A stretch of DNA of 64,000 bases from Pyrinomonadaceae bacterium (GCA_046313635.1 JBKBYA010000001.1:652340-716339); one strand, 5' to 3'. Counted from the stretch's first letter, positions 9,657-20,515 are shown. Made by a program: numbers and translations. Notes: generated by a model not told the origin, from the letters alone.

Positions 9657-10964
9657 ATGAAAAGTATTTACCTGTTGATATTGCTCCTCGCGTCGGCCGC
9701 GGCCGGTCTCGCACAAAGCCCGGCGTCACCGGTGGCCGCCGCGCAGATCGCGCCGGAGACGGCCGCCGGCGCGGCGGACCGGGTCCGGCTCGAGACCTTT
9801 GAAAAGGTCTGGACGACGATCAACGAGCGCCACTACGACCCGACCTTCGGCGGCGTCGACTGGAGCAAGGTGCGCGAGATCTACCTGCCCAAGGCCCGCG
9901 CCGCAAAGACCGACGACGAGCTGCACGCGATCCTGCGGCGAATGCTCGGCGAGCTGCACCTGTCGCACTTTGGGATCTTTCCAAAAGAGATCGCAACGCG
10001 GGCCGCGGGCTCGGCCGGGATCGGCGTCGAGCTGAAGATGATCGGCGGCGACGCCGTCGTCTGGCGCGTCGACCCGTCGTCGACGGCCGCGGCCGCGGGG
10101 CTCAAGCCCGGAGCTGTCGTGCGCGGCGTCGACGGCAAACAGGTGAGCGAGATCCTCAAGCCGCTCGAAGATTCGTTCGCCGGCCGGCAGCTGTCCGAGA
10201 GGCTTAAGCGTGTCTACCGCGAGCGTACGATCGAGGCCGCGATATCCGGAGCGCCCGAGACGCCGGTCTCGCTCGTCATCGTTGACGAACGAGACATGGA
10301 GAGAAAGGTCGAGGCCGTCAGAAAGCGCTTCGAGGGCGAGCTGTCGCAGCCGCTCGGCAACTTTCCGGCGCAGCAGGTGATCTTTGAATCGCGGCGGCTC
10401 GAGGGCAATATCGGCTACATCAGATTCAATATGTGGGTGATGCCGCAGATCCAGAAGATCCGTACCGCCGTGCGCGAGTTTGCCGATGCGCGCGGGATCA
10501 TATTCGACCTTCGCGGCAATCCGGGCGGCATCGGCGGCATCGCTTCGGCGGTGGCGGGCATGCTGAGCGAAAAGGACTTTTCGCTAGGGTCGATGACGAG
10601 CCGCAGCGGTACGATCAGGTTCGCCGTCTTCCCGCAAAAAGAGCCCTTCCTCGGCAAGGTCGCGATACTGACCGATCACGGCACAGGCTCGACGAGCGAG
10701 GTCTTTGCCGCCGGGATGCAGGAGGCAGGCCGGGCCGTGATCGTCGGCGAAACAAGCGCGGGCGCGGTGCTGCCGTCGGTGTTTGAAAAGCTGCCGACCG
10801 GGGCGATCTTTCAATACGTCGTCTCTGATTATCGCTCGCCAAAGAACATCTTGATCGAGGGACGCGGCGTAAAGCCCGACATAGAGGTCGCGGCGGATCG
10901 CGCCGCTCTGCTCGCCGGCCGCGATGCGCAGCTCGAGGCGGCCGTGTCGTACATCACGAAATAG
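9657..10964 (+). CDS. S41 family (Prc/CtpA-like) peptidase with PDZ domain
   Basis: Signal peptide; DLRGNPGG, TGSTSEVFA, IEGRGVKPD. Confidence 0.9.
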   Translation: MKSIYLLILLLASAAAGLAQSPASPVAAAQIAPETAAGAADRVRLETFEKVWTTINERHYDPTFGGVDWSKVREIYLPKARAAKTDDELHAILRRMLGELHLSHFGIFPKEIATRAAGSAGIGVELKMIGGDAVVWRVDPSSTAAAAGLKPGAVVRGVDGKQVSEILKPLEDSFAGRQLSERLKRVYRERTIEAAISGAPETPVSLVIVDERDMERKVEAVRKRFEGELSQPLGNFPAQQVIFESRRLEGNIGYIRFNMWVMPQIQKIRTAVREFADARGIIFDLRGNPGGIGGIASAVAGMLSEKDFSLGSMTSRSGTIRFAVFPQKEPFLGKVAILTDHGTGSTSEVFAAGMQEAGRAVIVGETSAGAVLPSVFEKLPTGAIFQYVVSDYRSPKNILIEGRGVKPDIEVAADRAALLAGRDAQLEAAVSYITK

Positions 10965-10992
10965 CGCCGAAGAGCGCGTGAACTATCCAAAT

Positions 10993-11775
10993 ATGAAACA
11001 AGCGATCTTATTATTCACCGTCAGTCTCGCGCTGGCCGCCGTCGCCGCTGCGCAGTCAAGCGAGCCTGCAAAGCCCGCGGCCTCGGCCGCAGCTGCTCCG
11101 ACGCCGTCAAAGCTCCCGACGGCCGCCGAGATCTTGAATAAATACGTGGCTGCCATCGGCGGCCGCGACGCCAATCTCAAGATCAGGTCGTGGCAGATGA
11201 GCGGCACGGTCGAGTTCGCGCCGATGGGTTTGAAGGGTACCTTCGAGACACTCTCGGCGGCGCCCGACCGCAGCGTAATGCACATGACGATCTCCGGTCT
11301 CGGCAGCATCGCGCAGGGCTTTGACGGCAAAACGGCGTGGAGCATCAGCCCGCTCGACGGAATGCGCGAGCTGAGCGGCATCGAACTGCAGCAGATCAAG
11401 AGCGCGAGCAGCTTTTACAGACTCGTGAACCTCGCGCAAAACAGCGAGAAGTACACCGTCGCCGGCCCCGAAAAGCTCGGCGACAAGCAGGCATACGTCG
11501 TGACGTTGCCGGCCGAGGCCGAGGGACTATTTCCGACGAAGATGTACTTCGACACGGTGAGCGGCCATCTGCTGCGAATGGACGCGACCCAGGTCGGGCC
11601 GCAGGGCAATATCCCGACGACGACCTATTTTGATGAGATGAAGCTGGTCGACGGAGTGTATATCCCCGTAAGGTCGCGGACCACGTTCGGGCCGGCCGAG
11701 CTTGTTACGGTCGTGACGGTGGCAAAGAGCAACGTCGCGGTCGACGATGCAAAGTTCGCGAAGCCAAAGCAGTAG
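10993..11775 (+). CDS. Secreted hypothetical protein (LolA-like fold possible)
   Basis: Signal peptide; ILNKYVAAIGG, GFDGKTAW, YFDTVSGHLLR. Confidence 0.7.
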   Translation: MKQAILLFTVSLALAAVAAAQSSEPAKPAASAAAAPTPSKLPTAAEILNKYVAAIGGRDANLKIRSWQMSGTVEFAPMGLKGTFETLSAAPDRSVMHMTISGLGSIAQGFDGKTAWSISPLDGMRELSGIELQQIKSASSFYRLVNLAQNSEKYTVAGPEKLGDKQAYVVTLPAEAEGLFPTKMYFDTVSGHLLRMDATQVGPQGNIPTTTYFDEMKLVDGVYIPVRSRTTFGPAELVTVVTVAKSNVAVDDAKFAKPKQ

Positions 11776-11776
11776 G

Positions 11777-12556
11777 TCAGATGTCGCCGCGGCGGCGGGC
11801 GAGCATTTTTTCGGGATCGTTGGTGATTATCGCCTTCAATCCCATTTTTGCGCCGAGCGTGAGGTAATTTGGCGAGTCCACGGTCCAGACCGTGACGGGC
11901 ATTCCGGCACGGCCCGCTTCGGCTGCAAAGCGCGGCGTCGCGAGAGCGCGGTGCAGCGAGAGCTCGTCGGCGCCCATCTCGCGCGCGACGGTGAGAATGT
12001 GGCGCTTTTTGCCGACGACGGTCTCGATCACCGGAGCAAAAAGCGCCGCGGTTCGCACGTCGGGCAAAAGCACGCGCATCGTCGGGACCGCCGCGAGCCG
12101 AAAGCTTTTGACGATCGCACGCTCGAGCGCCGGCGAATCGGCGAGCGTGCCGGCGACGGCTCGGCAGAGCGGCCGCAGATCGGCGTCTTCGGATTTCAAT
12201 TCGACATAAAGGCGCCCGTCAAAGCCGGCGAGCAGGTCGAGGACGCTCGCGAGCGTCGGTACGCCTTCGCCGGCGAATTCATCATTCGCAAGCTTTGGCC
12301 GGGCGCGATTGAACCACGACCCGACGTCCGCGCGAGCAAGCTCGCGAGACGTAAGCTGCGACACGGCCTCGCGCCGGCCGGCGGTGCGTTCGAGGGTCGC
12401 ATCGTGGATCACGACCGGCACGCCGTCGGCCGCGAGACGCACGTCAAACTCGACGCCTTCAGCTCCGCACTCGGTCGCGCGTCTAAACGCTGCAAGCGTA
12501 TTCTCGGGGGCCGCGGCCGATGCTCCGCGATGGGCGATGATGAGCGGAGCGTTCAC
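11777..12556 (-). CDS. Glycerophosphodiester phosphodiesterase
   Basis: IAHRGAS, PENTLAAF, VEFDV, VIHD; GTG start overlaps the upstream stop. Confidence 0.9.
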   Translation of the reverse strand: MNAPLIIAHRGASAAAPENTLAAFRRATECGAEGVEFDVRLAADGVPVVIHDATLERTAGRREAVSQLTSRELARADVGSWFNRARPKLANDEFAGEGVPTLASVLDLLAGFDGRLYVELKSEDADLRPLCRAVAGTLADSPALERAIVKSFRLAAVPTMRVLLPDVRTAALFAPVIETVVGKKRHILTVAREMGADELSLHRALATPRFAAEAGRAGMPVTVWTVDSPNYLTLGAKMGLKAIITNDPEKMLARRRGDI

Positions 12557-13251
12557 GCCGGCTGATCGGCCTCGACGCGGTGGGCGCGGGCGGCCGAGCG
12601 GTCGGGCTTCTTTTCGAGAAGGAAGATCGTCTTTGACCACGCGATCGGCTCGCTTATCGGGAACTCGTGATTCCCAACGATCGTGAAGTAGCGCTGCGCG
12701 ATGCGGCGGACCTCTCTTACGGGATGGATCTTGAAGTTGTACAGCAGCTCGAGCACGGCGCCGACAAAGCCCGCCTTGACCGGGATCAGCACGAGCTTGC
12801 CGCTCGGCTTGAGCACCCGCGAGAGCTCTCTGAGCCCTTCGTCGAGATCCACGTACTCGAGCACGCCGCACGTCATCACGAGATCGAACGCACCGTCGGC
12901 GAACGGCAGCTTGAGGATGTTGCCCTGCACGCACGAGATCGCCTTTGAGGCCCGCTTCTTCTTTGAAAATTCGTCGCGTGCGATGCGCAGCGAATTGAAC
13001 GACAGGTCGAGCGCGATGGTGCGGCGAGGTTTGATGCCCGCATCCTGCATCGCAAGTGTGACGATGCCCGTGCCGCTGCCGGCGTCGAGCACGAACGAGT
13101 CGGGTTTGACGTCGAGCTCGAGCGAGCGAAGGTATTTGGCGACCGAGGTCCGGTAGCCGTTGAGTTTCATCGCGAAGTTGTGAACCTCGGCGATGCGATC
13201 GTAAAAGTTCTGCGTCTTGCTTTTTTTGGTCCCGTGCCCGTTTCTTGCCAT
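12553..13251 (-). CDS. Class I SAM-dependent methyltransferase
   Basis: VLDAGSGTG, LPFADGAFD, RVLKPSG. Confidence 0.9.
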   Translation of the reverse strand: MARNGHGTKKSKTQNFYDRIAEVHNFAMKLNGYRTSVAKYLRSLELDVKPDSFVLDAGSGTGIVTLAMQDAGIKPRRTIALDLSFNSLRIARDEFSKKKRASKAISCVQGNILKLPFADGAFDLVMTCGVLEYVDLDEGLRELSRVLKPSGKLVLIPVKAGFVGAVLELLYNFKIHPVREVRRIAQRYFTIVGNHEFPISEPIAWSKTIFLLEKKPDRSAARAHRVEADQPA

Positions 13252-13255
13252 CCGG

Positions 13256-14734
13256 CTATTTCTCTCGGATAAGTTTTTCTATCATCTCCCGCATCTCGTT
13301 GAGGCGGCTCGTGCTGGTACCGGTCTCGAGATAGCGGATGTTGCCCTTGCGGTCGATGATCGCCGCGGTCGGTATCGCAAGCGCCCCGTAGGTCTTGTGA
13401 TTCGCGTCGTCCTTTGCGACCAGGAAGTCGTAGGAGATCGCGTACCGGCGGCGAAAGCGGTCCAGGAATTCGACCTCGTTCGCGTGATCGACCGGGAAGC
13501 CCTCGGCCTGGCCGTAGTAGCGCGTGAGGCCCAGCACTACAAATCCGTCCTTGCCAAAATCCTGCTGCCACTCGTGTATCGCGGGAAAGGCCTCGATACA
13601 CGGCGCGCACCAGGTTGCCCAAAAGTCCAGCAACACTACTTTACCACGCAGCGCGGCGAGTGTTGTGCGCTCGCCTGGGAAGTAGCGGTCGATATTGACC
13701 AGCTCGGGGGCCGTCTCGCCGAGCATACGGTACTGGCGCTCGCGCTTTTTGAACTTTTCGGCGAGTACGGTCTGTGCCTGTTTGGAGCTAAAGTCGCGCG
13801 AGATCTGCGACTGCGTCTCAGACAGCATCTGCAGCGCCGCAGGCTTGCGGCCGGTCTCGATTTGATAGCGGACCTGAGCGTCGACCGCCCAGTAAAAAAC
13901 GTCAGGCGACTGCAGCTCGACCGCCGCATTTCGCAGCTCTGCAAGGGCCGCGTCGGCCTGCGGCCGTGAGTCGAGAGCGCGGTACGTTTCGAAAAGGAAA
14001 AGCCCGCTCGCGGCCACTTCGTCGATCACCTTGTCGCGCGCCGCCGGGTCGGCCGCGACGGCCTTATATGCTCTAAAACTCTCGAGGGCGTGGATCGCGG
14101 CCGGAGCGAGCTGGCCTTCGGCGCGATAACTGCGTGCGAGCTCTCGCTCCATCTGCCCGCGCTGGCTGAGCTTGACGGGCGAGCCCTTGACGTACTCGGC
14201 GATGGTCCTTTCGGCGTCGGCAAAATTCTTTTGCCGGGCGTGAATGACGGCGACGATCGCCCGCGCGTCCTGCAGTTTGTCGGGTGCGGTCTCGGCTGCC
14301 GGCTTTGCGAGAAAGGCGCCGAGGGCCTCGCGCGTGCGGTCGAGGTTTTCGGCGATCCAGTGCAGCAGGCCGAGGTAAAAAAGCTCGTCGGCAGAGAGCT
14401 CGGCAGATCGCGGCTGGATGGCGGCGGCGTATTTGGCGGCGAGCTGCTTGCGCTCGCGCTGCGTCTGCGCGATCAGGGCGTCGCTGGGCGGCACCTTTTT
14501 TTGCTCGTACTCGGCAAACTTGACCCGGTTGTAGGCGTTCGCCTCGTCAAACATCTCTTTGACGCTTTTGCTCAGCCCCGGCGCGACCGACGCTTCGGGC
14601 GTCGGCCGCGCGGTCGCCGGAGCGACACGCCGAGCCTGGGCCGAGGAGCTCTCGGCGCCGAGGCAGATCAGTGCGATCGAGATCGTCGCGATACGAAATA
14701 GAGACAGTTCCTTTCGCATAATTTGTCGCGGCAT
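13256..14734 (-). CDS. Secreted TPR-like protein with C-terminal TlpA thioredoxin domain
   Basis: Signal peptide, helical repeats, DFWATWCAPC. Confidence 0.85.
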   Translation of the reverse strand: MPRQIMRKELSLFRIATISIALICLGAESSSAQARRVAPATARPTPEASVAPGLSKSVKEMFDEANAYNRVKFAEYEQKKVPPSDALIAQTQRERKQLAAKYAAAIQPRSAELSADELFYLGLLHWIAENLDRTREALGAFLAKPAAETAPDKLQDARAIVAVIHARQKNFADAERTIAEYVKGSPVKLSQRGQMERELARSYRAEGQLAPAAIHALESFRAYKAVAADPAARDKVIDEVAASGLFLFETYRALDSRPQADAALAELRNAAVELQSPDVFYWAVDAQVRYQIETGRKPAALQMLSETQSQISRDFSSKQAQTVLAEKFKKRERQYRMLGETAPELVNIDRYFPGERTTLAALRGKVVLLDFWATWCAPCIEAFPAIHEWQQDFGKDGFVVLGLTRYYGQAEGFPVDHANEVEFLDRFRRRYAISYDFLVAKDDANHKTYGALAIPTAAIIDRKGNIRYLETGTSTSRLNEMREMIEKLIREK

Positions 14735-14740
14735 CGGCGG

Positions 14741-15901
14741 CTATGTGATGGCGGCCGCGCTGCTCGACGGGTCGCCGACGCCGCCCGGGCCAAACGCCTC
14801 GAGAAAAGGCGATCCGACGTCATTCAGCAGTTTGTTGGCGATCAAGCCGGCCGTCAGCGGCGTTAAAAGGATGCCGTTGCGGTAATGCCCGGTTGCAACC
14901 GCAAGGTTTGGAATTTCGGGCCACACGCCGATGACGGGCCGCCCGCCGGCCGCGAAAGGCCGCAGACCGGCCCACGTTTCGGCCGGTCGGGCGCCGGCGA
15001 ACCTGCCCGAGATCTCGGCGGCCGCACGCTCCAGCGAAGCGATGCCTTCCGCCGTCGTCTGCTTGTCAAAACCGGCATCCTCGACCGTCGCGCCGACCAG
15101 CACGCGGCCGTCGCGCCGCGGGACGAGATAGCCCTTGTGCGAGTAGATGACGTGGCGAAAATCGGCCCGGCCCATCTCGCAGGCGATCATCTGGCCTTTG
15201 ATCGGCCGCACCGTCGGGAGCCGCGGGCCGCGAGCTCCGTCGATATTTATCAGAGACGTCCAGCAGCCCGCGGCGATGATGAAGTTCGATGCCGAGAGCT
15301 CGCCGGCCGAGGTCACGGCCGCCGTAACGCGACCCTTAGCGACGCGGAGCGACTCGACGGCGACGCCCTCGCCGACCTCTATGCCGCGGAGCGCGGCCGA
15401 GCGCCTGAGCGCGTCGACGAGCTTGCGATTCTCGACCTGCCAGTCGTCCGGATATCTGAATCCGAGCTTCACAGCCGGCGAGACGAGCGGCTCGACGCGC
15501 AGCACGTCGCCGGGCGCGAGCCGCTCCACCGAAACGCCTGCCGCGAGCTGGCGCCCGAATTTTGCTTCGGCGCGGCGGACGTCTTCGTCCGTGAAGGCAA
15601 GCTCGAGCGTGCCCGTGCGGTCGAGCTCGACATCGATGCCGGTCTCGTCGCGAAGCTCGTCCGCAAAGCTCGGCCACATCGCGAGCGAGTCGCGGCAGAG
15701 CCCGTAAAAATCGTCAAAGACGTCGCACTCGGCGTTTGGCGCGAGCATCCCGGCCGCCGCCCAGGACGCCTCCATTCCGGCCGTGCCGCGATCGATGACG
15801 ACGACGCGTTTCGCTCCTAGCCGGCGCAGCTCGCGCGCGATCGAGAGCCCGATGACGCCGCCGCCGACGATCAAAAAGTCAGCTTGATCTTGAACTGCCA
15901 T
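14741..15901 (-). CDS. thiO: Glycine oxidase
   Basis: GGGVIG, ASWAAAGML, GHYRNGILL. Confidence 0.85.
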   Translation of the reverse strand: MAVQDQADFLIVGGGVIGLSIARELRRLGAKRVVVIDRGTAGMEASWAAAGMLAPNAECDVFDDFYGLCRDSLAMWPSFADELRDETGIDVELDRTGTLELAFTDEDVRRAEAKFGRQLAAGVSVERLAPGDVLRVEPLVSPAVKLGFRYPDDWQVENRKLVDALRRSAALRGIEVGEGVAVESLRVAKGRVTAAVTSAGELSASNFIIAAGCWTSLINIDGARGPRLPTVRPIKGQMIACEMGRADFRHVIYSHKGYLVPRRDGRVLVGATVEDAGFDKQTTAEGIASLERAAAEISGRFAGARPAETWAGLRPFAAGGRPVIGVWPEIPNLAVATGHYRNGILLTPLTAGLIANKLLNDVGSPFLEAFGPGGVGDPSSSAAAIT

Positions 15902-16041
15902 TTCTTGCCCGACAAAGGCCAATGATAGTCAAGACGCTGCCTGATTACGAGTCGAGGGCCGCCGGAGGCGGACTCGGCGTGCGGTTGGGTTACAATGTCA
16001 ATTCCGGTCAAAAGCTCGAAAGCAAATGACGGGTACCAGAT

Positions 16042-17073
16042 ATGGCCAAACACACCATCACACTTATCCCCGGCGACGGCATCGGGCCTGAGATCATCGC
16101 GGCGACCGTCAGGATCATCGAGGCGTCGGGCATCGACGTCGAGTGGGAAACCCACATCATGGGCGCGCAGGCGCAGGAGAAGTACGGCACCACGCTCCCG
16201 GCCGACACGATCGACTCGATCAAGCGAAACCGCGTCGCGCTCAAGGGGCCGCAGACGACGCCGATCGGCAAGGGCTTTACGTCGGTCAACGTCGGTTTGC
16301 GAAAGGCCCTCGACCTCTACGCCAACGTCCGCCCGATCAAGTCACTGCCGGGCCTGCCGAGCAAGTATCCCGAGCTCGACCTGGTGATCGTCCGCGAAAA
16401 TACCGAGGACCTCTACGCCGGCCTCGAGCACATCGTCGTGCCGGGCGTGGTCGAGAGCATCAAGATCATTACCGAAAAGGCCTCGACGCGGATCGCGCGT
16501 TATGCATTCGAGTACGCTCGTCTGAACGGCCGTAAAAAGGTCACCGCCGTTCACAAGGCCAATATCATGAAGCTCTCGGACGGGCTGTTTCTCGAGTGCT
16601 TTTACAACGTCGCAAAAGACTTTCCGGAGATCACGGCCGATGACAAGATCATCGACAACTGCTGCATGCAGCTCGTGATGCGGCCCGAGCAGTTTGACGT
16701 GCTCGTGCTCGAAAATCTCTACGGCGACATCGTCTCAGACCTCTGCGCCGGTCTGATCGGCGGGCTCGGTCTCGCTCCGGGAGCGAATATCGGCGAGCAG
16801 GGCGCGGTCTTTGAGGCAGTGCACGGCTCGGCTCCCGACATCGCGGGCCAGGGCATCGCGAACCCGACCGCGATCCTGATGTCGGCCATCCTGATGCTGC
16901 GGCACATCGGCGAGACCGATGCCGCGAACCGGATCGAGGGGGCGATGCTCGACGTGTACTCCGAGGGCAAGTTCCTGACACGCGACCTCGGCGGTACGGC
17001 AAAGACCAACGACTTTGCCCGCGCGATCGTCGAAAAGCTCGCCGCCGGTGAAGAAGCGGCCTCGGCACGATAG
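16042..17073 (+). CDS. Isocitrate dehydrogenase (NAD-type, isocitrate/isopropylmalate family)
   Basis: PGDGIGPE, VHKANIMKLSDGLF, NLYGDIVSD, EAVHGSAPDIAG. Confidence 0.9.
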   Translation: MAKHTITLIPGDGIGPEIIAATVRIIEASGIDVEWETHIMGAQAQEKYGTTLPADTIDSIKRNRVALKGPQTTPIGKGFTSVNVGLRKALDLYANVRPIKSLPGLPSKYPELDLVIVRENTEDLYAGLEHIVVPGVVESIKIITEKASTRIARYAFEYARLNGRKKVTAVHKANIMKLSDGLFLECFYNVAKDFPEITADDKIIDNCCMQLVMRPEQFDVLVLENLYGDIVSDLCAGLIGGLGLAPGANIGEQGAVFEAVHGSAPDIAGQGIANPTAILMSAILMLRHIGETDAANRIEGAMLDVYSEGKFLTRDLGGTAKTNDFARAIVEKLAAGEEAASAR

Positions 17074-17153
17074 GTGCAATTCTGGCTGCGGCGGAACGTT
17101 CACAGAGTGCGGCCGCCTGCTTTTGGGCGGCACGACCAGGGAGGTCTTATTCA

Positions 17154-17570
17154 ATGAAGAAGTATTTATTCGTTCTACTCGTTGCCGCGGTCGCCGCTCT
17201 CGGTGCGGCCGTCGATGCAAATGCCGCGACCGGGCGAGGCCAGCGCGTGACCGTTCAGATCAAACGAGAATCGAAGGCCGCCGGCGGTCTGCGGATCAGG
17301 TTTCTCGAGCTGATCGAAGACTCGCGCTGCCCCGTCGATACCCAGTGCGTTTGGGCGGGCAACGCAAAGATCCGCATTCAGGTGCGAGGCCGGCGAGGCG
17401 CGGGCGTCAAGATCTTTGAGATCAACTCGGCGACCGTTCCCACATCGGTCGTTTACGACGGTTACGAGATCAGGTTTGTAGACCTGACGCCGCACCCGAG
17501 ATCGAATATCCGGATCGATCCAAATGGTTACAGGGCCGTCTTTGAGGTTGTAAGACGCGGCGACCGGTAG
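17154..17570 (+). CDS. Secreted hypothetical protein with a Cys pair
   Basis: GGAGG RBS, signal peptide, EDSRCPVDTQCVWAG. Confidence 0.8.
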   Translation: MKKYLFVLLVAAVAALGAAVDANAATGRGQRVTVQIKRESKAAGGLRIRFLELIEDSRCPVDTQCVWAGNAKIRIQVRGRRGAGVKIFEINSATVPTSVVYDGYEIRFVDLTPHPRSNIRIDPNGYRAVFEVVRRGDR

Positions 17571-17602
17571 CAGTCCGGAGACGCCGCACGCCGTGACGAA
17601 CG

Positions 17603-17643
17603 AGGCCTCGTCCGCGAGTCGGACGAGGCCTTTTTATTTTTTG
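17603..17643 (+). terminator. Rho-independent terminator
   Basis: 12-bp stem AGGCCTCGTCCG/CGGACGAGGCCT followed by a T-tract. Confidence 0.85.
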
Positions 17644-17648
17644 TGCGA

Positions 17649-18659
17649 TCAGATGCGCACGACGACCTTGCCGAGATGATCGCTGCTTTCGAGGTATCGG
17701 AGAGCTTCGCCGATCTCGTCCCATTCAAAGACGCGGTCGACCACGGGCCGCAGGCGCTTGTCGCTGATAAACAAATTCATCTCCTCAAACATCTCGCGAG
17801 AGCCGGTCTCGATGCCGTGCAGCGTGATGCTCCGCATCACGAACTGGTAGAGGTCGACCGGCGCGCTGAGACCCGCGATCAAACCGATGAAGCTCACCGT
17901 GCCGCCGACCCGGACGAGCTGGAGCGAGTTGTTCAGGTTGGTGCCGCCGACGGTCTCCATCACGTGATCGACGCCGCGGCCCGACGTGAGCTCAAGCACG
18001 CGGTCTTGCCAATTGTTGTCGGTCTCGTAGTTCACCGCGTGGGCCATGCCGAGCTCGCGGAGCCGTGCGATCTTGGCATCGCTCGACGAGGTCATGATCG
18101 GCGTCGCGCCGAGAGCGAGTGCGAACTGCGCCGCAAAGAGGGCCACGCCGCCGGAGCCGTGAATGAGCACGGTCTCGCCGCTTTTCACACGGCTTCGCCT
18201 CGCGACGGCCTGCCACGCGGTGACGCCGGCGACCGGCAGCGTGGACGCTTCGAGATCGGAGAGTTCTGCCGGTGCCCGCACGAGCGCGCTCTCGTCAAAA
18301 ATTCGAAACTCCGACATCACGCCGTCCGCCGCCGAGCCGCCGAGAGCTCCGGACGTGTTTTCGTCCGACGGCTCGCCGCTGTACCAGTGCGGCAAAAAGT
18401 TGCCGACGACCCGATCGCCGGTCTTCCACCGGGTCACGCCGTCGCCGAGTTCGACGACCTCGCCGGCGCCGTCCGAGACGGGGATGCGCGGCGTTTGGGT
18501 CTTCCAACGCCCGAAGCCGTTGATAACAAGCAGGTCGCGGTAATTAAGCGAGGCGGCGGTCATCCGGACCAGCACCTGTCCGGCTGCGGGCCGCGGTCTT
18601 GTCCTCTCCTCAAAACGCAGGCGCTCGATACCGTCGCCCGTGGTCAGCATTACTTTCAT
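17649..18659 (-). CDS. NAD(P)-dependent alcohol dehydrogenase-like protein (MDR family)
   Basis: SLNYRD, PVSDGAGEV, GSGGVALFA, HLGKVV. Confidence 0.9.
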   Translation of the reverse strand: MKVMLTTGDGIERLRFEERTRPRPAAGQVLVRMTAASLNYRDLLVINGFGRWKTQTPRIPVSDGAGEVVELGDGVTRWKTGDRVVGNFLPHWYSGEPSDENTSGALGGSAADGVMSEFRIFDESALVRAPAELSDLEASTLPVAGVTAWQAVARRSRVKSGETVLIHGSGGVALFAAQFALALGATPIMTSSSDAKIARLRELGMAHAVNYETDNNWQDRVLELTSGRGVDHVMETVGGTNLNNSLQLVRVGGTVSFIGLIAGLSAPVDLYQFVMRSITLHGIETGSREMFEEMNLFISDKRLRPVVDRVFEWDEIGEALRYLESSDHLGKVVVRI

Positions 18660-18729
18660 AAAGTTCCCTCTATCGAGCAACGCGGAGACGGGCGAACGAA
18701 AATGTCCGTTTCGTTCGAGCGCCGATCGC

Positions 18730-19140
18730 CTATCGAACCGGATTTGTGAGGTAAATGACGGCCATCGTCAGCAAAAAGTACGGGACGATGACCGCAGCTC
18801 CGGCGTAGTCCTTGGCGACCCGTTGACCAAAGAAGAGCGATGCGAGCGACGCCGCGCCCAGCGCCGCCGAGTAAAAGATGATGAGCGTCGAGCCCGTGAC
18901 GACAAAGTAGATCAGCCCGACGGCCGCGGCCGCGCCGGTCGCGAGCTCCATCACTGTGATCACCGCCAGCAGCAAGGGCACCATCGGCGCCATAAACGTC
19001 TCTGCAAAATGGCCCGTCAGCCATTCGCGGTTGCCCCGCCAGTCAAACACCTTGTCGAGCCCCGACTGCAGAAACAGTATCGCGATCATCAGCGCACCAA
19101 AGAGCGCCGGCAGATTTAGTACAAGCTCGTTCAGTTCCAT
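18730..19140 (-). CDS. DoxX family membrane protein
   Basis: FLQSGLDKVFDW, FGQRVAKDY. Confidence 0.8.
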   Translation of the reverse strand: MELNELVLNLPALFGALMIAILFLQSGLDKVFDWRGNREWLTGHFAETFMAPMVPLLLAVITVMELATGAAAAVGLIYFVVTGSTLIIFYSAALGAASLASLFFGQRVAKDYAGAAVIVPYFLLTMAVIYLTNPVR

Positions 19141-19189
19141 AGCAAAAAAATGTGCGGCCGCGATGGGCCGCACGTCTGTGTTTGGTTTG

Positions 19190-20515
19190 TTATCGTCTTG
19201 CGCTGCGCGCTTTGGTCGAGTTCATCAACGCTTCGATCTCGTCGGGGTCCTTCGGCACCTTTGTCGTCAGATTGCGGTTTCCGTCCTCGGTGACAAGCAC
19301 GTCGTCCTCGATGCGGATGCCGATGCCGCGGTACTTCGCGGGGGCCGACCTGTCGTCGGGCGGGATGTAGAGGCCGGGCTCGACGGTGAGGACCATTCCG
19401 GGTTCGAACGGCCGCGAATTCTTTGCCTGCTGATCGGTGAAGTAGCGTCCCGCGTCGTGCACGTCGAGGCCCAGATAATGGCCGACGCCGTGCATGTAGT
19501 ACTTCATATACGCCTTTTTCTTGATCAGCTCCTGCGTCTTGCCCTTGAGCAGGCCGAGCTTTTTCATTCCCTCGGTGAGCAGCTCGATCGAGAGTTCCTG
19601 TCGTCCCCGGACGGTCTGGCCGACCCTGGTTGCTTCGACGCACTGGATCTGTACGTCGAGCACGACGTCGTAAACCTCACGCTGCGCCGGCGTGAAGCGG
19701 CCGTTGATCGGGAACGTGCGGGTGATGTCCGAAGCGTAGCCTTGGTATTCAGCACCGGCGTCGATGAGGATCAGGTCGCCGTCCCGGAGCTCGCGGTTGT
19801 TTTCGACGTAATGCAGGATCGTCGCATTCTCGCCGCTGCCGATGATCGAGTTGTAGGCGACGCCCGACGCGCCCTGCTCGCGCATATATGCCTCGATCAG
19901 CGACTCGACCTGAAATTCATTCATTCCCGGCCTGACCGAACGCATCGCGAGCACGTGAGCCTCGGCGGCGATGTCGGCCGCGCGCTGCATCAGCTCGACC
20001 TCTTCTTCGCTCTTATGCAGACGCATCTCGCCGATGATCAGCGTCGGGTCGATGATGGTGTGCGGCGGATACGCGGTCTTGAGACGGCGGACGCGCTGCT
20101 CGGTGAGATAGCCGAGGATCTGCTGGTCGAGCGCCTTGTCGACCGAGAAGCGGTAGTAGAGCCTCTCGCGGCCGTTGAGCAGCTTTGGCAGATCGGCCGC
20201 GAAGCGCTCGATCGAAAAGGCCTTGTCCGCGCCGTAATTCTTTACGGCGCCGTCCGTCCCTTCGCGGCGGCCGAACCAGGTCTCCATCTCAGGGTCGCGC
20301 GGGCGGACGTAGAGCGTGTACGGAGCACGCTTGTTCGACGGGTCGATCACCGCGACCGCATCCGGCTCAGGGAAGCCTGTCAGGTACCAAAAGTCGGAGT
20401 CCTGCCGGAACTTGTACTCCGTGTCGTAGCTGCGCGTGGCCTCATGCGCCGCAGGAATGATCGCCACGGAATTCGGCTCCATCTGCTCGATGAATCTTTT
20501 GAGTTGTTGTCGCAT
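19190..20515 (-). CDS. pepP: Xaa-Pro aminopeptidase
   Basis: FRQDSDFWYLTGF, SDITRTFP, HYLGLDVHD, GIRIEDD. Confidence 0.93.
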   Translation of the reverse strand: MRQQLKRFIEQMEPNSVAIIPAAHEATRSYDTEYKFRQDSDFWYLTGFPEPDAVAVIDPSNKRAPYTLYVRPRDPEMETWFGRREGTDGAVKNYGADKAFSIERFAADLPKLLNGRERLYYRFSVDKALDQQILGYLTEQRVRRLKTAYPPHTIIDPTLIIGEMRLHKSEEEVELMQRAADIAAEAHVLAMRSVRPGMNEFQVESLIEAYMREQGASGVAYNSIIGSGENATILHYVENNRELRDGDLILIDAGAEYQGYASDITRTFPINGRFTPAQREVYDVVLDVQIQCVEATRVGQTVRGRQELSIELLTEGMKKLGLLKGKTQELIKKKAYMKYYMHGVGHYLGLDVHDAGRYFTDQQAKNSRPFEPGMVLTVEPGLYIPPDDRSAPAKYRGIGIRIEDDVLVTEDGNRNLTTKVPKDPDEIEALMNSTKARSARR